Program-made: the position numbers and the translations under genes
From: Minisyncoccota bacterium
Lineage (GTDB): Bacteria; Patescibacteriota; Minisyncoccia; Phycocordibacterales; Phycocordibacteraceae
Direction of reading: 5' to 3'
Length of the DNA stretch: 64,000 nt
Assembly: GCA_041660025.1 (NCBI GenBank)
Contig: JBAZXD010000002.1
Span: 4,635 to 68,634, forward strand
Notes under the pieces: generated by a model
The model's input: the letters and a program-made list of their open reading frames with translations, nothing else
Told to the model about the DNA's origin: nothing
Database searches by the model: none
Part shown: piece after piece, positions 36,689 through 46,328 of the stretch
How the letters are laid out: each line of letters opens with the position of its first letter
Position numbering within the stretch: position 1 is the first letter of the stretch

Positions 36689-39646
36689 ATGCGCATCCGG
36701 TATTTCGCGTTCTTTTTCATCTTCGGCACACTCGCGTGGGGCGTGTCGCCCGTTGTTGTTAGAGCGGCGGCGCCGCTCATATATAGGACTTCATTTGTCG
36801 GCTTGCCGCTGATTCCCCACACACTCAATATTCCACAGTCCGCAATCAGGACTGGCAATACCTCCACATTTCAAATAGGCGTACATAGCCCATCTGGCTA
36901 TTCGCCGACCGTGTCGGCTGACCTATCACAGCTCGGCGTTTCAAGTCCGACCACGACACCCGCCTTGCCGGGCAGTCCTAATTCCGATTCGAATTCCTCT
37001 TACAATTTTGGGCCGCTCACCATCGGTGCAGATATTTCCGACGGACTCAAGACCGTTTTCGTGACGGCCGTTGATGTGAACGGTAACACCGCCACTACCA
37101 CTGCACAGATCGTAGTCGATAACGTCCTACCAACGGCCTTACTATCAAACATCACTTTTTCCACTACTTCGCCGCGACAAGGTGATTTTATGTATCTCTC
37201 CGGTTCGATGGACGGAACGGGGAGCACGGCGAAGGTGGCACAAATTACGATGCGTCTTTCTGACACCGTGGGCAATCCGGTGGTGAGCACTATCATCGGA
37301 GGATCGACGCTCATTTACAATCCAGTGACCCTCAATGCCGCTCTTGCAATCTCGACCGATGGTTCTTTCTCGGACGTGCCGGTCCAGCTCATCGAATTCG
37401 GCGATATAGGATGGATCGCGCGGGCCGATAACTTTAGCATTGAGCTTCTTGTCTACGATGAGGCAGGGAATTTCAGCATAACCACATTAACAGTACCCGT
37501 TCCGAAGCCGCCAAAAGTCTCCAACGTGCTGTTCCTACCCGGCATCGAGGGAAGTCGCTTGTATGAAGGAGTTGGATGCGGGAAGGCGGCTGAAGAGAAG
37601 CTCTGGGAGCCTATCGCCGATTCGCTTCTGCAAATCCTGCGCGGCGCGGGCAATGATAAAGCAAGAGATCTTTTCCTTACTCAATCCGGTGCGAGCGTCT
37701 GTAGCGACATCTATGCGAAGGTAGGCGATATTGTCGATGCAGTTCGCGGGAACAATATCTACCGATCGTTCATCGACGAGATGAACGGACTCGAGGCCGA
37801 CGGCACTATTAACGATTGGAAGCCGGTCGCCTACGACTGGCGGCTCTCGCTTCTGGACCTCTTACACAAGGGGGCGGAGCGGGACGGTAAGATATTTTAT
37901 GCAGGAGGAAATGAAAGCGCGACGAGCACGCCGTATATCGAACAGACGCTCCGGGCGCTCGCGGGTAGCTCGAAGAGCGGAAAGGTAACCATCGTCGCGC
38001 ACAGCAACGGCGGTCTCGTCGCTAAAGCGCTCCTTAACGAGCTCGGTAATGCCGAGGCCGCTGCGCTGATTGATAAAGTGCTTCTGGTCGGCGCGCCACA
38101 GAGCGGCGCGCCTGAGGCGCTTGGCGCGGCGCTCGTCGGCCACAACGCCGGCATCTATAAATACGGTTTCCCGATACTCTCGAATGCGGTGGCACGCGAG
38201 CTCGCCCAGAACTCGCCGATGGCGTATCATCTGCTCCCGTCAGGGAATTATCTGGAGAGTATTGCGAGTGACCTGGCACATCCCGTCGCCCGCTTCGCGG
38301 GCGACGCCTATGCGAAAGAGATCAGTGCCTATGGCTCCACTATCGACAACCGAACCGAGCTAGACGGCTTCCTCCTCGCCACGGAGGGCGGGCGCGAGAA
38401 GCCCGTGGCGAGTAATGTGGATTCCGCAGAAATTCTCAATTCGAGTCTCCTGGATTATGCGAACGGCCAGCACGACATACTCGATTCTTGGACGCCACCG
38501 GCGGGTATCGAGGTGAGCCAGATAGCCGGCTGGGGTATCGACACTGTCGCCGGGATAGATTTCTATACGCCACAACCCATAAACGCGCTCACTGCTCTCG
38601 AGCCGATGCGTAAATATAACCCCCTCTTTACCGAGGACGGCGACGGCACCGTCCCCGTCCCGAGTGCGCTCCTGATGGCCTCAAACACGAATGTGAAAAG
38701 GTATTGGCTGAATCTTTTTGCTTACAATAACGAAACAGAATTAGATAGGGAACACAAAGATTTATTTGAAATCCCATCGCTTCGAGACTTTATAAAAAAC
38801 ATCATTAAGAACAGCACCAGTACATTGCCGGCATATATCTCCACGAGCCAGCCAGCGCCACTAACTGGGAATAAGAAACTCACCTTCTTCCTCCACTCGC
38901 CGCTCACGCTCCAGCTCACAGACTCCTCCGGCAACGTCACTGGACTCGCCGAGGATGATTCGATGACGCAAGATATTCCCGACTCTACCTACGGCGAGTT
39001 CGGCGAGGTTAAGTACATCACCGTTCCGGAAGGGGATTACACGCTCAGTATGAACGGGCAGGCGAGCGGTACCTTCTCGCTCGATATGCAGGAATCCTCG
39101 GGTGGCGTCATTACCACCTCAAGCATTATCGCGAATGTCCCGACAACGGCGAGCACGCTCGCGAGCCTGACCATCTCGGGCGGGCTCGACACCGTCTCGG
39201 CGCTCACGGTAGATCAGAACGGCGATGGTACGGACATACTCACCATCACTCCTCACATCGGAGAAACGGTTATTTATGAGCCACCTGCGCCGGAACCGAC
39301 AGTAAGTTCATCGGGCAGTGGAGGTGGAGAAGCGATCTTCTCCCTTCCTATACCGGTGGTGGTCGCAACCACAACGGAGACGCCCGCGACAGCAACCCCG
39401 CTCATAGAGCTGGCCGCTACAAATACTCCCGCGATAGCAGTTTCTACGAAATCTCCTCAGACAAGACGGAGGCCGCCGGTACCCACTTTCGAGTCACCTC
39501 AAAAAGCGAATATAAATGTCTCTCAGACTGCCTCGGTGCACAATGCTTCTCAACAGCCGGCCCTGAAGAAGTTGGGCGAGACGGTCTATAATAGTCTGCA
39601 CAGGCTCTGGAGGGGATTGAAAGTAATTTTCTTAATCCAAAAATGA
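36689..39646 (+). CDS. Large secreted alpha/beta-hydrolase (LCAT/PGAP1-like lipase/esterase) with N- and C-terminal beta-rich, Ig-like regions
   Basis: Signal peptide MRIRYFAFFFIFGTLAWGVSPVVVRAAA. NVLFLPGIEGSRLYEG (LCAT-like lid). Nucleophile elbow VTIVAHSNGGLVAKALL (GHSxG-like AHSNG). Confidence 0.55.
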   Translation: MRIRYFAFFFIFGTLAWGVSPVVVRAAAPLIYRTSFVGLPLIPHTLNIPQSAIRTGNTSTFQIGVHSPSGYSPTVSADLSQLGVSSPTTTPALPGSPNSDSNSSYNFGPLTIGADISDGLKTVFVTAVDVNGNTATTTAQIVVDNVLPTALLSNITFSTTSPRQGDFMYLSGSMDGTGSTAKVAQITMRLSDTVGNPVVSTIIGGSTLIYNPVTLNAALAISTDGSFSDVPVQLIEFGDIGWIARADNFSIELLVYDEAGNFSITTLTVPVPKPPKVSNVLFLPGIEGSRLYEGVGCGKAAEEKLWEPIADSLLQILRGAGNDKARDLFLTQSGASVCSDIYAKVGDIVDAVRGNNIYRSFIDEMNGLEADGTINDWKPVAYDWRLSLLDLLHKGAERDGKIFYAGGNESATSTPYIEQTLRALAGSSKSGKVTIVAHSNGGLVAKALLNELGNAEAAALIDKVLLVGAPQSGAPEALGAALVGHNAGIYKYGFPILSNAVARELAQNSPMAYHLLPSGNYLESIASDLAHPVARFAGDAYAKEISAYGSTIDNRTELDGFLLATEGGREKPVASNVDSAEILNSSLLDYANGQHDILDSWTPPAGIEVSQIAGWGIDTVAGIDFYTPQPINALTALEPMRKYNPLFTEDGDGTVPVPSALLMASNTNVKRYWLNLFAYNNETELDREHKDLFEIPSLRDFIKNIIKNSTSTLPAYISTSQPAPLTGNKKLTFFLHSPLTLQLTDSSGNVTGLAEDDSMTQDIPDSTYGEFGEVKYITVPEGDYTLSMNGQASGTFSLDMQESSGGVITTSSIIANVPTTASTLASLTISGGLDTVSALTVDQNGDGTDILTITPHIGETVIYEPPAPEPTVSSSGSGGGEAIFSLPIPVVVATTTETPATATPLIELAATNTPAIAVSTKSPQTRRRPPVPTFESPQKANINVSQTASVHNASQQPALKKLGETVYNSLHRLWRGLKVIFLIQK

Positions 39647-40047
39647 AAACAAAAATCGTCCAATTTATTCCGGCTCTTCTGACCCTATTGGTCATTGGGC
39701 TTCGCTATTTTAGCAATTGGTGTATTTTTACGAATAGTGCCTGTTATGGCACAATCGTCAGTGATATTTCTCTCGCAATTACTAAACCACTTTATCTCTT
39801 CTCGCTCTTCTTTCTACCAATATCTCTCATTCTCATCTTTGTTTCGCGTAACATATTCAATTCATGGTGTAAGTTCGCTGTCTGGGCACTACCGCTCATG
39901 TTCATACTTATTGCGACACAACCAGTAGTTAGTTCCTTTCTTTCAACCAATCGAGACGACGCCGCCCGCCTCGCGGGCAGTGTGTTCGCCGTCGCGAGCC
40001 TTATTCTCATCATTTGGAAATATTTCTCCACTCGCCGCGTACATTAG
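39643..40047 (+). CDS. Small hypothetical integral membrane protein (4 TM)
   Basis: Hydrophobic segments LLTLLVIGL, LYLFSLFFLPISLILIFV, FAVWALPLMFILIA and VFAVASLILIIW. ATGA overlap with the upstream stop. Confidence 0.4.
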   Translation: MKTKIVQFIPALLTLLVIGLRYFSNWCIFTNSACYGTIVSDISLAITKPLYLFSLFFLPISLILIFVSRNIFNSWCKFAVWALPLMFILIATQPVVSSFLSTNRDDAARLAGSVFAVASLILIIWKYFSTRRVH

Positions 40048-40112
40048 GACATCCGATGCCCTGATTCGGCGCTCCGTGCTTAGAAGTACGAATTTTGCTA
40101 TAGTGTTTCGTA

Positions 40113-42647
40113 ATGCTCGGGCTCTCCCGTTTCTTCTCGAAGAACCAATCCGCGTCCTTTCTCAAGGCCGCGGCGCCTGTCGTGGCGGCCATAAACAAGG
40201 CCTCTGATGAGCTCAAGGGGCTCTCCGACGAGGCGGTGCGCGCCAAGCTTCAAGAGGTACGCGCCCGCGCGGTAACGTTCGGCGCGACGCCGGAGGCCGA
40301 CCTCCCGCAGGTGTTCGCGCTCGTGCGCGAGGCGTCGCGCCGGACGCTCCGCCAGCCCCACTTCGACGTACAGCTCATCGGTGGGCTCGCGCTCCTACGC
40401 GGCAAGATAGCCGAGATGCGCACCGGCGAGGGTAAGACGCTCGTCGCCACATTGCCCGCGACCTTTCATTCGCTCTCCGGGAAGGGCGTGCAGGTCGTCA
40501 CGGTGAACGACTATCTCGCCCGTCGCGACGCCGCGTGGATGGGACAGGTCTATCAGTACCTCGGCCTCTCGGTGGGCGTCGTCTCGTCGACCGGCTCCTA
40601 TCGCTACGACCCGTCGCATATCGAGAAGAAGGAGGCAAAGGAGCTCGACAGCGAGCGCGATGCCGTCGGCTCGTTCAAGGTCGTCTACGAGTACCTGCGC
40701 CCTGTGGAGAAGCGCGAGGCGTATGCGGCGGACATCACCTACGTGACCAATAACGAACTTGGCTTCGACTATCTGCGCGACAACACTGCGTACGATGCGT
40801 CGCAGATCGTCCAGCGCGGCCATCACTACGCGGTCATCGACGAAGTGGACTCCATCCTTATCGACGAGGCGCGCACGCCGCTCATCATCAGCGGGCCCGC
40901 CGGCGACTCGCAGATGCTCTATGAGCGCTTCGCCGGCATCGCGAGCGCCTTCAACGAGGGCGAAGACTATACTATTGATGAGAAGCAAAAGGCGATCCAG
41001 ATCACCGAGGCAGGAATGCATAAGGCTGAAGTGGCGCTCGGCCTCGAGAACCTCTACACCGAGGGCGGGATGAAGTATGCGCATCATCTCGAGACGGCGG
41101 TGCGCGCGAAAGCGCTGTTCCATATTGATAAGGAGTACGTCGTGCGCGACAACGAGATTATCATCGTGGACGAATTCACGGGGAGGATGCAGCCTGGCCG
41201 ACGCTGGTCGGAGGGGCTCCATCAGGCTATCGAGGCGAAGGAGGGAGTGAAAATCCAGGAGGAGACGCGCACGTATGCCAGCGTGACGTTCCAGAACTTG
41301 TTCCGTATGTACGAACGTCTCGCCGGAATGACGGGCACGGCGCTCTCTTCGGAGGAGGAATTTTATACCGTGTACGGGCTCGAGGTTGTCGTTGTGCCGA
41401 CTAATAAGCCGACCGCGCGCAAGGATTATGACGACCTCATCTTCCAGACGGCGGCGGGGAAGTATCGCGCGGTCGCGCGCGCAGTGAAGGAGCGCCACGA
41501 GAAGGGTCAACCGGTCCTCGTCGGTACGGTCTCTATCGAAGACAACGAGACGGTCAGCACCTATCTCGCCGATGCCGGCGTTCCGCACGAGGTCCTGAAT
41601 GCAAAGAATCACGAACGCGAAGGCGAGATAATCGCCGAGGCTGGTTCGGTAGGGCGTGTGACCGTCGCGACGAACCTCGCCGGCCGCGGCGTTGACATCA
41701 AGCTCGGCGGCGCGCTCGCCACCGCCGAGGAACGCGCATCGGTGCTCGAGAAGGGCGGCCTGATGGTCGTCGGCACCGAACGGCACGACGCGCGCCGCAT
41801 CGACAACCAGCTCCGCGGCCGTTCCGGCCGCCAGGGCGACCCCGGCGAGACGCGCTTCTATGTCTCGCTCGAGGATAAGCTGATGCGCGTGTTCGCCTCT
41901 GATACCCTGAAGAAGGTGATGGGCCGCTTCGGCATCCCCGAGGACGAGCCCATCGAGAGCGCGATGATAACCAAATCGCTCGAGACCGCACAGGGCCGCA
42001 TCGAGGGATTCAACTTCGACTCACGCAAACAGGTGCTCGCCTACGACGACGTGATGAACACTCAGCGCCTCGCTATCTACGCGCGCCGTCGCGCTGCGCT
42101 CCTCGGGACCGACGCGGAGATGGAGGCGCTCATCCGCGCACTCCTCGGGGACGACACGATAGCGCTCTCCGCATTTGAAGCAAAGAAGACCGAGCTCGGC
42201 GATTCGTTCGTGCCGAATCTGCGCCGGCTCCTCCTGCAGGTCATCGATATGTTCTGGCTCGAACATCTCGAGACGATGGATTATCTACGCCGCTCGGTAT
42301 CGCTCCGCGCATACGGACAGCGCGACCCGCTCATCGAGTACCGGCGCGAAGGGCTCCAGCGCTTCCGCCAGCTCGAAGAGAATATCAGGGCCGCGGTCGT
42401 CGGCGCCGTACCGCGCCTCCTGTCCTCCGACGAGGCGCGCGTGCGGGCAGAAGAGGAGAAGACGCACGCGGCGCTCGTCGCCGCGGGGCGAGAAGAAGGC
42501 GCCGCGCCGATGCCGATCAAAAAGGCGGTCGGATATGGCCGCAACGATATCGTTACTATCAAGAAAGGAGATGAGACGAAGCAGTTGAAATATAAAAAAG
42601 CCGAACCGTTCCTCGCCGATGGTTGGGAACTCGTAAACCCGAAATAA
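40113..42647 (+). CDS. secA: Preprotein translocase ATPase SecA
   Basis: AEMRTGEGKTLVATLPATFHSLSGKGVQVVTVNDYLARRDAAWMGQVYQYLGLSVGVV, DEVDSILIDEARTPLIISGP and TNLAGRGVDIKLGG. Confidence 0.9.
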   Translation: MLGLSRFFSKNQSASFLKAAAPVVAAINKASDELKGLSDEAVRAKLQEVRARAVTFGATPEADLPQVFALVREASRRTLRQPHFDVQLIGGLALLRGKIAEMRTGEGKTLVATLPATFHSLSGKGVQVVTVNDYLARRDAAWMGQVYQYLGLSVGVVSSTGSYRYDPSHIEKKEAKELDSERDAVGSFKVVYEYLRPVEKREAYAADITYVTNNELGFDYLRDNTAYDASQIVQRGHHYAVIDEVDSILIDEARTPLIISGPAGDSQMLYERFAGIASAFNEGEDYTIDEKQKAIQITEAGMHKAEVALGLENLYTEGGMKYAHHLETAVRAKALFHIDKEYVVRDNEIIIVDEFTGRMQPGRRWSEGLHQAIEAKEGVKIQEETRTYASVTFQNLFRMYERLAGMTGTALSSEEEFYTVYGLEVVVVPTNKPTARKDYDDLIFQTAAGKYRAVARAVKERHEKGQPVLVGTVSIEDNETVSTYLADAGVPHEVLNAKNHEREGEIIAEAGSVGRVTVATNLAGRGVDIKLGGALATAEERASVLEKGGLMVVGTERHDARRIDNQLRGRSGRQGDPGETRFYVSLEDKLMRVFASDTLKKVMGRFGIPEDEPIESAMITKSLETAQGRIEGFNFDSRKQVLAYDDVMNTQRLAIYARRRAALLGTDAEMEALIRALLGDDTIALSAFEAKKTELGDSFVPNLRRLLLQVIDMFWLEHLETMDYLRRSVSLRAYGQRDPLIEYRREGLQRFRQLEENIRAAVVGAVPRLLSSDEARVRAEEEKTHAALVAAGREEGAAPMPIKKAVGYGRNDIVTIKKGDETKQLKYKKAEPFLADGWELVNPK

Positions 42648-42648
42648 T

Positions 42649-43623
42649 ATGGCATTTGTTGATGAAGCGAGAATATACGTAGAATCGGGCAAGGGCGGCG
42701 ACGGTGTCATCCGCTGGTTGCGCACCAAGGAGTCCGCCCGGGGCGGGCCCTCGGGCGGCGACGGCGGGCGCGGCGGCGACGTTATCTTGGTAGGCGTGCG
42801 CGATCTCGCCGCACTCGCGCACTACCGCTACGAGAAGAAATTTCACGGCGAGAACGGCGAAGCGGGCAAGGGCGAGTTGAAACACGGTAAGAACGGCGAA
42901 CCGGTCCTTATCAAGGTGCCCGTCGGTACGCTCGTGCGCGTCGTAGAGACCGGCGACGAGTATGAGATAACCAAAGAGGGCGAGCAGGTCGTCCTGTTCC
43001 GCGGCGGGAAAGGAGGGTTGGGTAATGCGCGCTTCAAGAGCTCCACGAACCAGAACCCTTTCCAACAGACGCTCGGCAAGGCGGGAAAGGGTGGGGATAT
43101 CGAGCTGACGCTTAAGATCATCGCGGATGCGGGGTTTGTCGGCCTGCCGAATGCGGGGAAGTCTTCGCTTTTGAACGCCCTCACTCGCTCGAAGTCGAAG
43201 GTCGGTGCGTACCCGTTCACGACGCTCTCTCCCAGCCTCGGAGAATTCTACGGCTACATACTCGCGGACATTCCCGGGCTCATCGAGGGAGCCTCGTCCG
43301 GACGAGGTCTCGGTATAAAATTTTTAAAGCATGTGGAGAGGACCGGTATCCTCCTGCATCTTGTCTCGGCAGACCAAGACGACCCTCTCGCGGCGTATGG
43401 GGAAGTGCATACCGAGCTGGAGGCGTTCGGGCACGAGCTCTCGAAGAAGCGCGAGATCATCGTCCTTTCGAAAACAGACCTCATTTCGGCGTCGGAGTGC
43501 GAAACAAGGGCGCAGCTTCTCGCTCGAGAGACGGGCAGGGAAGTGCTCACCGTCTCGGTCGAGGACCCCAAGGCGCTTAAGGCGTTCGCCGATACGCTCA
43601 CGAAAATACTCAGAAAGCAGTAA
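42649..43623 (+). CDS. obg: GTPase Obg/CgtA
   Basis: MAFVDEARIYVESGKGGDGVIRWLRTKE, the glycine-rich Obg fold, and the G-domain motifs GLPNAGKSSLLNAL and DIPGLIEGAS. Confidence 0.85.
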   Translation: MAFVDEARIYVESGKGGDGVIRWLRTKESARGGPSGGDGGRGGDVILVGVRDLAALAHYRYEKKFHGENGEAGKGELKHGKNGEPVLIKVPVGTLVRVVETGDEYEITKEGEQVVLFRGGKGGLGNARFKSSTNQNPFQQTLGKAGKGGDIELTLKIIADAGFVGLPNAGKSSLLNALTRSKSKVGAYPFTTLSPSLGEFYGYILADIPGLIEGASSGRGLGIKFLKHVERTGILLHLVSADQDDPLAAYGEVHTELEAFGHELSKKREIIVLSKTDLISASECETRAQLLARETGREVLTVSVEDPKALKAFADTLTKILRKQ

Positions 43624-43668
43624 GAGGGCATTTGCCTACTACCTACTGTTTACTGCATACTGGATACT

Positions 43669-45081
43669 ATGTATCGCCCCACTATCGGTCTCGAGGTCCA
43701 CGCCGAGCTCAAGACGCGGACCAAGATGTTCTGCGACTCTGCGAACGATCCCGACGAGACACGACCAAACGTGAACGTCTGTCCGGTCTGTCTCGCGCAC
43801 CCTGGCACCCTGCCGGTCATCAATCGCGAAGCGGTGCGGCATATGTTGCGTATCGGTACCGCGGTCGGCGGCACGATTGCCGATTTTAGTGAGTTCGATC
43901 GTAAGAGCTATTTCTATCCCGATATCCCGAAGGGGTATCAGATCAGTCAATACGAACATCCACTCATCACCGGCGGCACGCTCGCGGACATCGCGATCAC
44001 GCGCGTGCACCTTGAAGAGGATACTGCGCGTTCGACTCATTCGAGCGGGAAGAGTCTTGTCGACTTTAATCGTGCGGGCATCCCGCTTATGGAGCTCGTT
44101 ACCGAGCCGGTCATTCCCGACGCAGAGACTGCGGGGCGCTTCGCGCGTGAGCTCCAGCTCCTCCTGCGCACACTCGGTGCCGGGGAGGCGAATCTCGAGA
44201 AGGGCGAGATGCGCATCGAAGCGAACGTATCGGTGTCGAAAACAAATGTACCCTCGACAGACTATGTCGAGGTGAAGAATATAAACTCTTTTCGTTCTGT
44301 CGAACGGGCAATCGCATACGAAATTATGCGCCAGACAGCTCTGCTTGAAAAAGGGGAACGGGTGGTGAAGGCGACACGCGGCTGGGACGAAGCGAAGCAG
44401 GAGACCTTCCACCAGCGCTTTAAGGAGGGGAGCGCCGATTACCGCTACTTCCCGGAACCAGATCTGCCGAAGCTCTTCATCGGGGATATGCCCGAATTTT
44501 CTCCGGAGGCGATACGCGCGTCTTTACCGGAGCTTCCGTGGGAACGTCGCGAGCGCTATGCGAAGACGTATGCGCTCAAAGATACCGACGCCGCATACCT
44601 CTGCGCGACCACCGAACGCGCGGCGTTTTTTGATACGGTTGCTTCGACATTTGAGAACGATGCGAACCTCGTGAAGCTCGCCGCGAATTACATCGTGTCC
44701 GATCTCGCGGGTATCTATGCAAAAAACGGGAATGAAAATTTTGCATCACTCGACCCGGTAGTATTTGCAAAGCTCATCCGCCTCGTCGCTGCAAACGAGC
44801 TCTCCTCGCGCGGCGCCAAGGACACCCTGGCAATCCTGGTAGAGAAGGGTGGCGACCCGGAGACCATCGCGAAGGAATACGGTCTTATCCAGATACATGA
44901 TGCAACAGCGCTCGGCGTGGTCGCAGATGCGGTGCTCGCCCGGGAAGGGAAAGCGGTGGAGGAGTACAAGAGCGGTAAGCTCTCGACGCTCCAGTATCTC
45001 GTCGGTAAGGCGATGCAGGAAAGTAAGGGGGCAGGGAACCCGTCAGAGCTACAGAAGATCATCATCGAGAGGCTCGGATAG
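43669..45081 (+). CDS. gatB: Asp-tRNA(Asn)/Glu-tRNA(Gln) amidotransferase subunit B
   Basis: MYRPTIGLEVHAELKTRTKMFCDSANDPD, NRAGIPLMELVTEP and the C-terminal GatB/YqeY domain. Confidence 0.85.
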   Translation: MYRPTIGLEVHAELKTRTKMFCDSANDPDETRPNVNVCPVCLAHPGTLPVINREAVRHMLRIGTAVGGTIADFSEFDRKSYFYPDIPKGYQISQYEHPLITGGTLADIAITRVHLEEDTARSTHSSGKSLVDFNRAGIPLMELVTEPVIPDAETAGRFARELQLLLRTLGAGEANLEKGEMRIEANVSVSKTNVPSTDYVEVKNINSFRSVERAIAYEIMRQTALLEKGERVVKATRGWDEAKQETFHQRFKEGSADYRYFPEPDLPKLFIGDMPEFSPEAIRASLPELPWERRERYAKTYALKDTDAAYLCATTERAAFFDTVASTFENDANLVKLAANYIVSDLAGIYAKNGNENFASLDPVVFAKLIRLVAANELSSRGAKDTLAILVEKGGDPETIAKEYGLIQIHDATALGVVADAVLAREGKAVEEYKSGKLSTLQYLVGKAMQESKGAGNPSELQKIIIERLG

Positions 45082-45133
45082 CTTTTGTGCACAAACCCTT
45101 CCATCCCAGCCGAGATACGGCTATACTGGGGGT

Positions 45134-45910
45134 ATGGACGAGATTCTCATAGGCGAGAAGAAATACGTATCGTCGAAACAAGCCGCCAAGGTAACCGGCT
45201 ACGCGAAGGATTATATAGGCCAGCTTTGTCGCGAGGGGCGGGTGCCGGCGAGGCTCGTCGGACGCAGTTGGTATGTGCTTGAATCGGCCATTCACGACCA
45301 TCGCTTCGGCAACCCTGAACCAGCCAAAGAAGGAAAGTCGACGTCCTCGCTCCACTCGACGTGGGAAGCTCCGCGGTATGAAGCATCAAAAACAGAAGTG
45401 CTCCCCTCCGTGAGCCGTTCTCAGGACAAAGAACATCAAGCTCTTGTCGAAGAAAAAACTGGGAACCCCGACACCGCACAACATCTGCAAGACGCCTGGC
45501 AGTCATGGTTCAATCGTTTTGATCAGGTGGCGGACACTCCCGCTCACGAGCCAGTAGCAACCGAGGAACCGACACAAGAGCCGAAAGAGATTGAAGTTGA
45601 GCAGGAACCAGAACCAGAACAAGAACAGAGCGTGCAGATACCTATTCGCACGGTCTACCAGCCACACTACCAATCCTCCCCAGAAGAACCGTTGCCGCGC
45701 GAGGTGGATGTCCAGCCGATGAGCATCGTGCGAGAATCGCGAAGGGTGGGAACGGGAAGAGGACTGCTAAGAACAATGCAGTTAGCCGGAGCCATTGTTG
45801 CGGTACTTTCAGCATCTGCGGCGGTGCTCGGTAGCGGATATTTGGACTCATACGCAATCTCGAATAGCCAAGTCAGGGCAATTGCAGGAGTCGCACTCTA
45901 CAACAGATAG
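45134..45910 (+). CDS. HTH_17 (excisionase-type helix-turn-helix)-like N-terminal domain, acidic disordered linker and C-terminal TM anchor. This is the small paralogue of the N-terminal module of the two giant genes downstream.
   Basis: KKYVSSKQAAKVTGYAKDYIGQLCREGRVPARLVGRSWYVLESAI fits the HTH_17 pattern (EAAxxLGxSxxTIYRLxxxGxLPxxKIGxxWxIxxxDLxxFL). E/P/Q-rich linker. TM helix LLRTMQLAGAIVAVLSASAAVLGSGYL. Start at the internal MDEIL, not the track's 44849, which overlaps gatB. Confidence 0.5.
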   Translation: MDEILIGEKKYVSSKQAAKVTGYAKDYIGQLCREGRVPARLVGRSWYVLESAIHDHRFGNPEPAKEGKSTSSLHSTWEAPRYEASKTEVLPSVSRSQDKEHQALVEEKTGNPDTAQHLQDAWQSWFNRFDQVADTPAHEPVATEEPTQEPKEIEVEQEPEPEQEQSVQIPIRTVYQPHYQSSPEEPLPREVDVQPMSIVRESRRVGTGRGLLRTMQLAGAIVAVLSASAAVLGSGYLDSYAISNSQVRAIAGVALYNR

Positions 45911-46013
45911 CTTATTTACAGGATTTCTCGTCTCGGCAAGAAGTGTTTGTTTATAATCCCGAATAAAATTAAAATATACTGACTATTTATTTAACTATTT
46001 AAGTTGTACAAAA

Positions 46014-46045
46014 ATAGAGGCGCCCTTTGGCGCCTCTATTTTATT
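46014..46045 (+). terminator. Rho-independent terminator atagaggcgcc-cttt-ggcgcctctat followed by TTTTATT
   Basis: Perfect 11-bp stem and T-run, about 100 nt downstream of the 45134..45910 gene. Confidence 0.75.
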
Positions 46046-46328
46046 GAAATGATCCTAAGCCCTCTAATCGACGTGTAGGGCGCATTCCTTTGTGTTCAGC
46101 ACAAAAACTGATCTAAGCCACCACTCTTTCCTTAAGGGCAAATATACCGGTCCGGCGTCGACGGCCTTACGCGACGCTATAGAAGCGTCTTTTACCATAT
46201 CCTGTGGCAATTCATTTCGACGTACTTACTGGTAGTTCATAGCTTCCGTTCGTGCGGAATTTATCCACATATGAATATAATGGTGCGTCAAAATACGAGG
46301 TACTATTTAGTTAATCCGGTTATCCGAC

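Noticed and set aside
40395-41786. 463-aa minus-strand ORF antisense to secA
   Set aside because: It lies entirely within the strongly supported secA CDS. The translation is Arg/Leu-rich without recognisable domains.
44849-45133. Upstream extension of the HTH-TM gene (track start 44849)
   Set aside because: It overlaps the gatB C-terminus in another frame and is Arg/Ser-rich. The HTH domain begins right after the internal Met at 45134.
45911-46328. Searched the 420-bp AT-rich intergenic region upstream of giant gene 1 for a tRNA or small RNA gene
   Set aside because: No cloverleaf-compatible arms or conserved T-loop were found. Only the intrinsic terminator at 46014-46045 and AT-rich promoter-like sequence (tataat near 46276) were seen. 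The region is treated as a regulatory or promoter region only.
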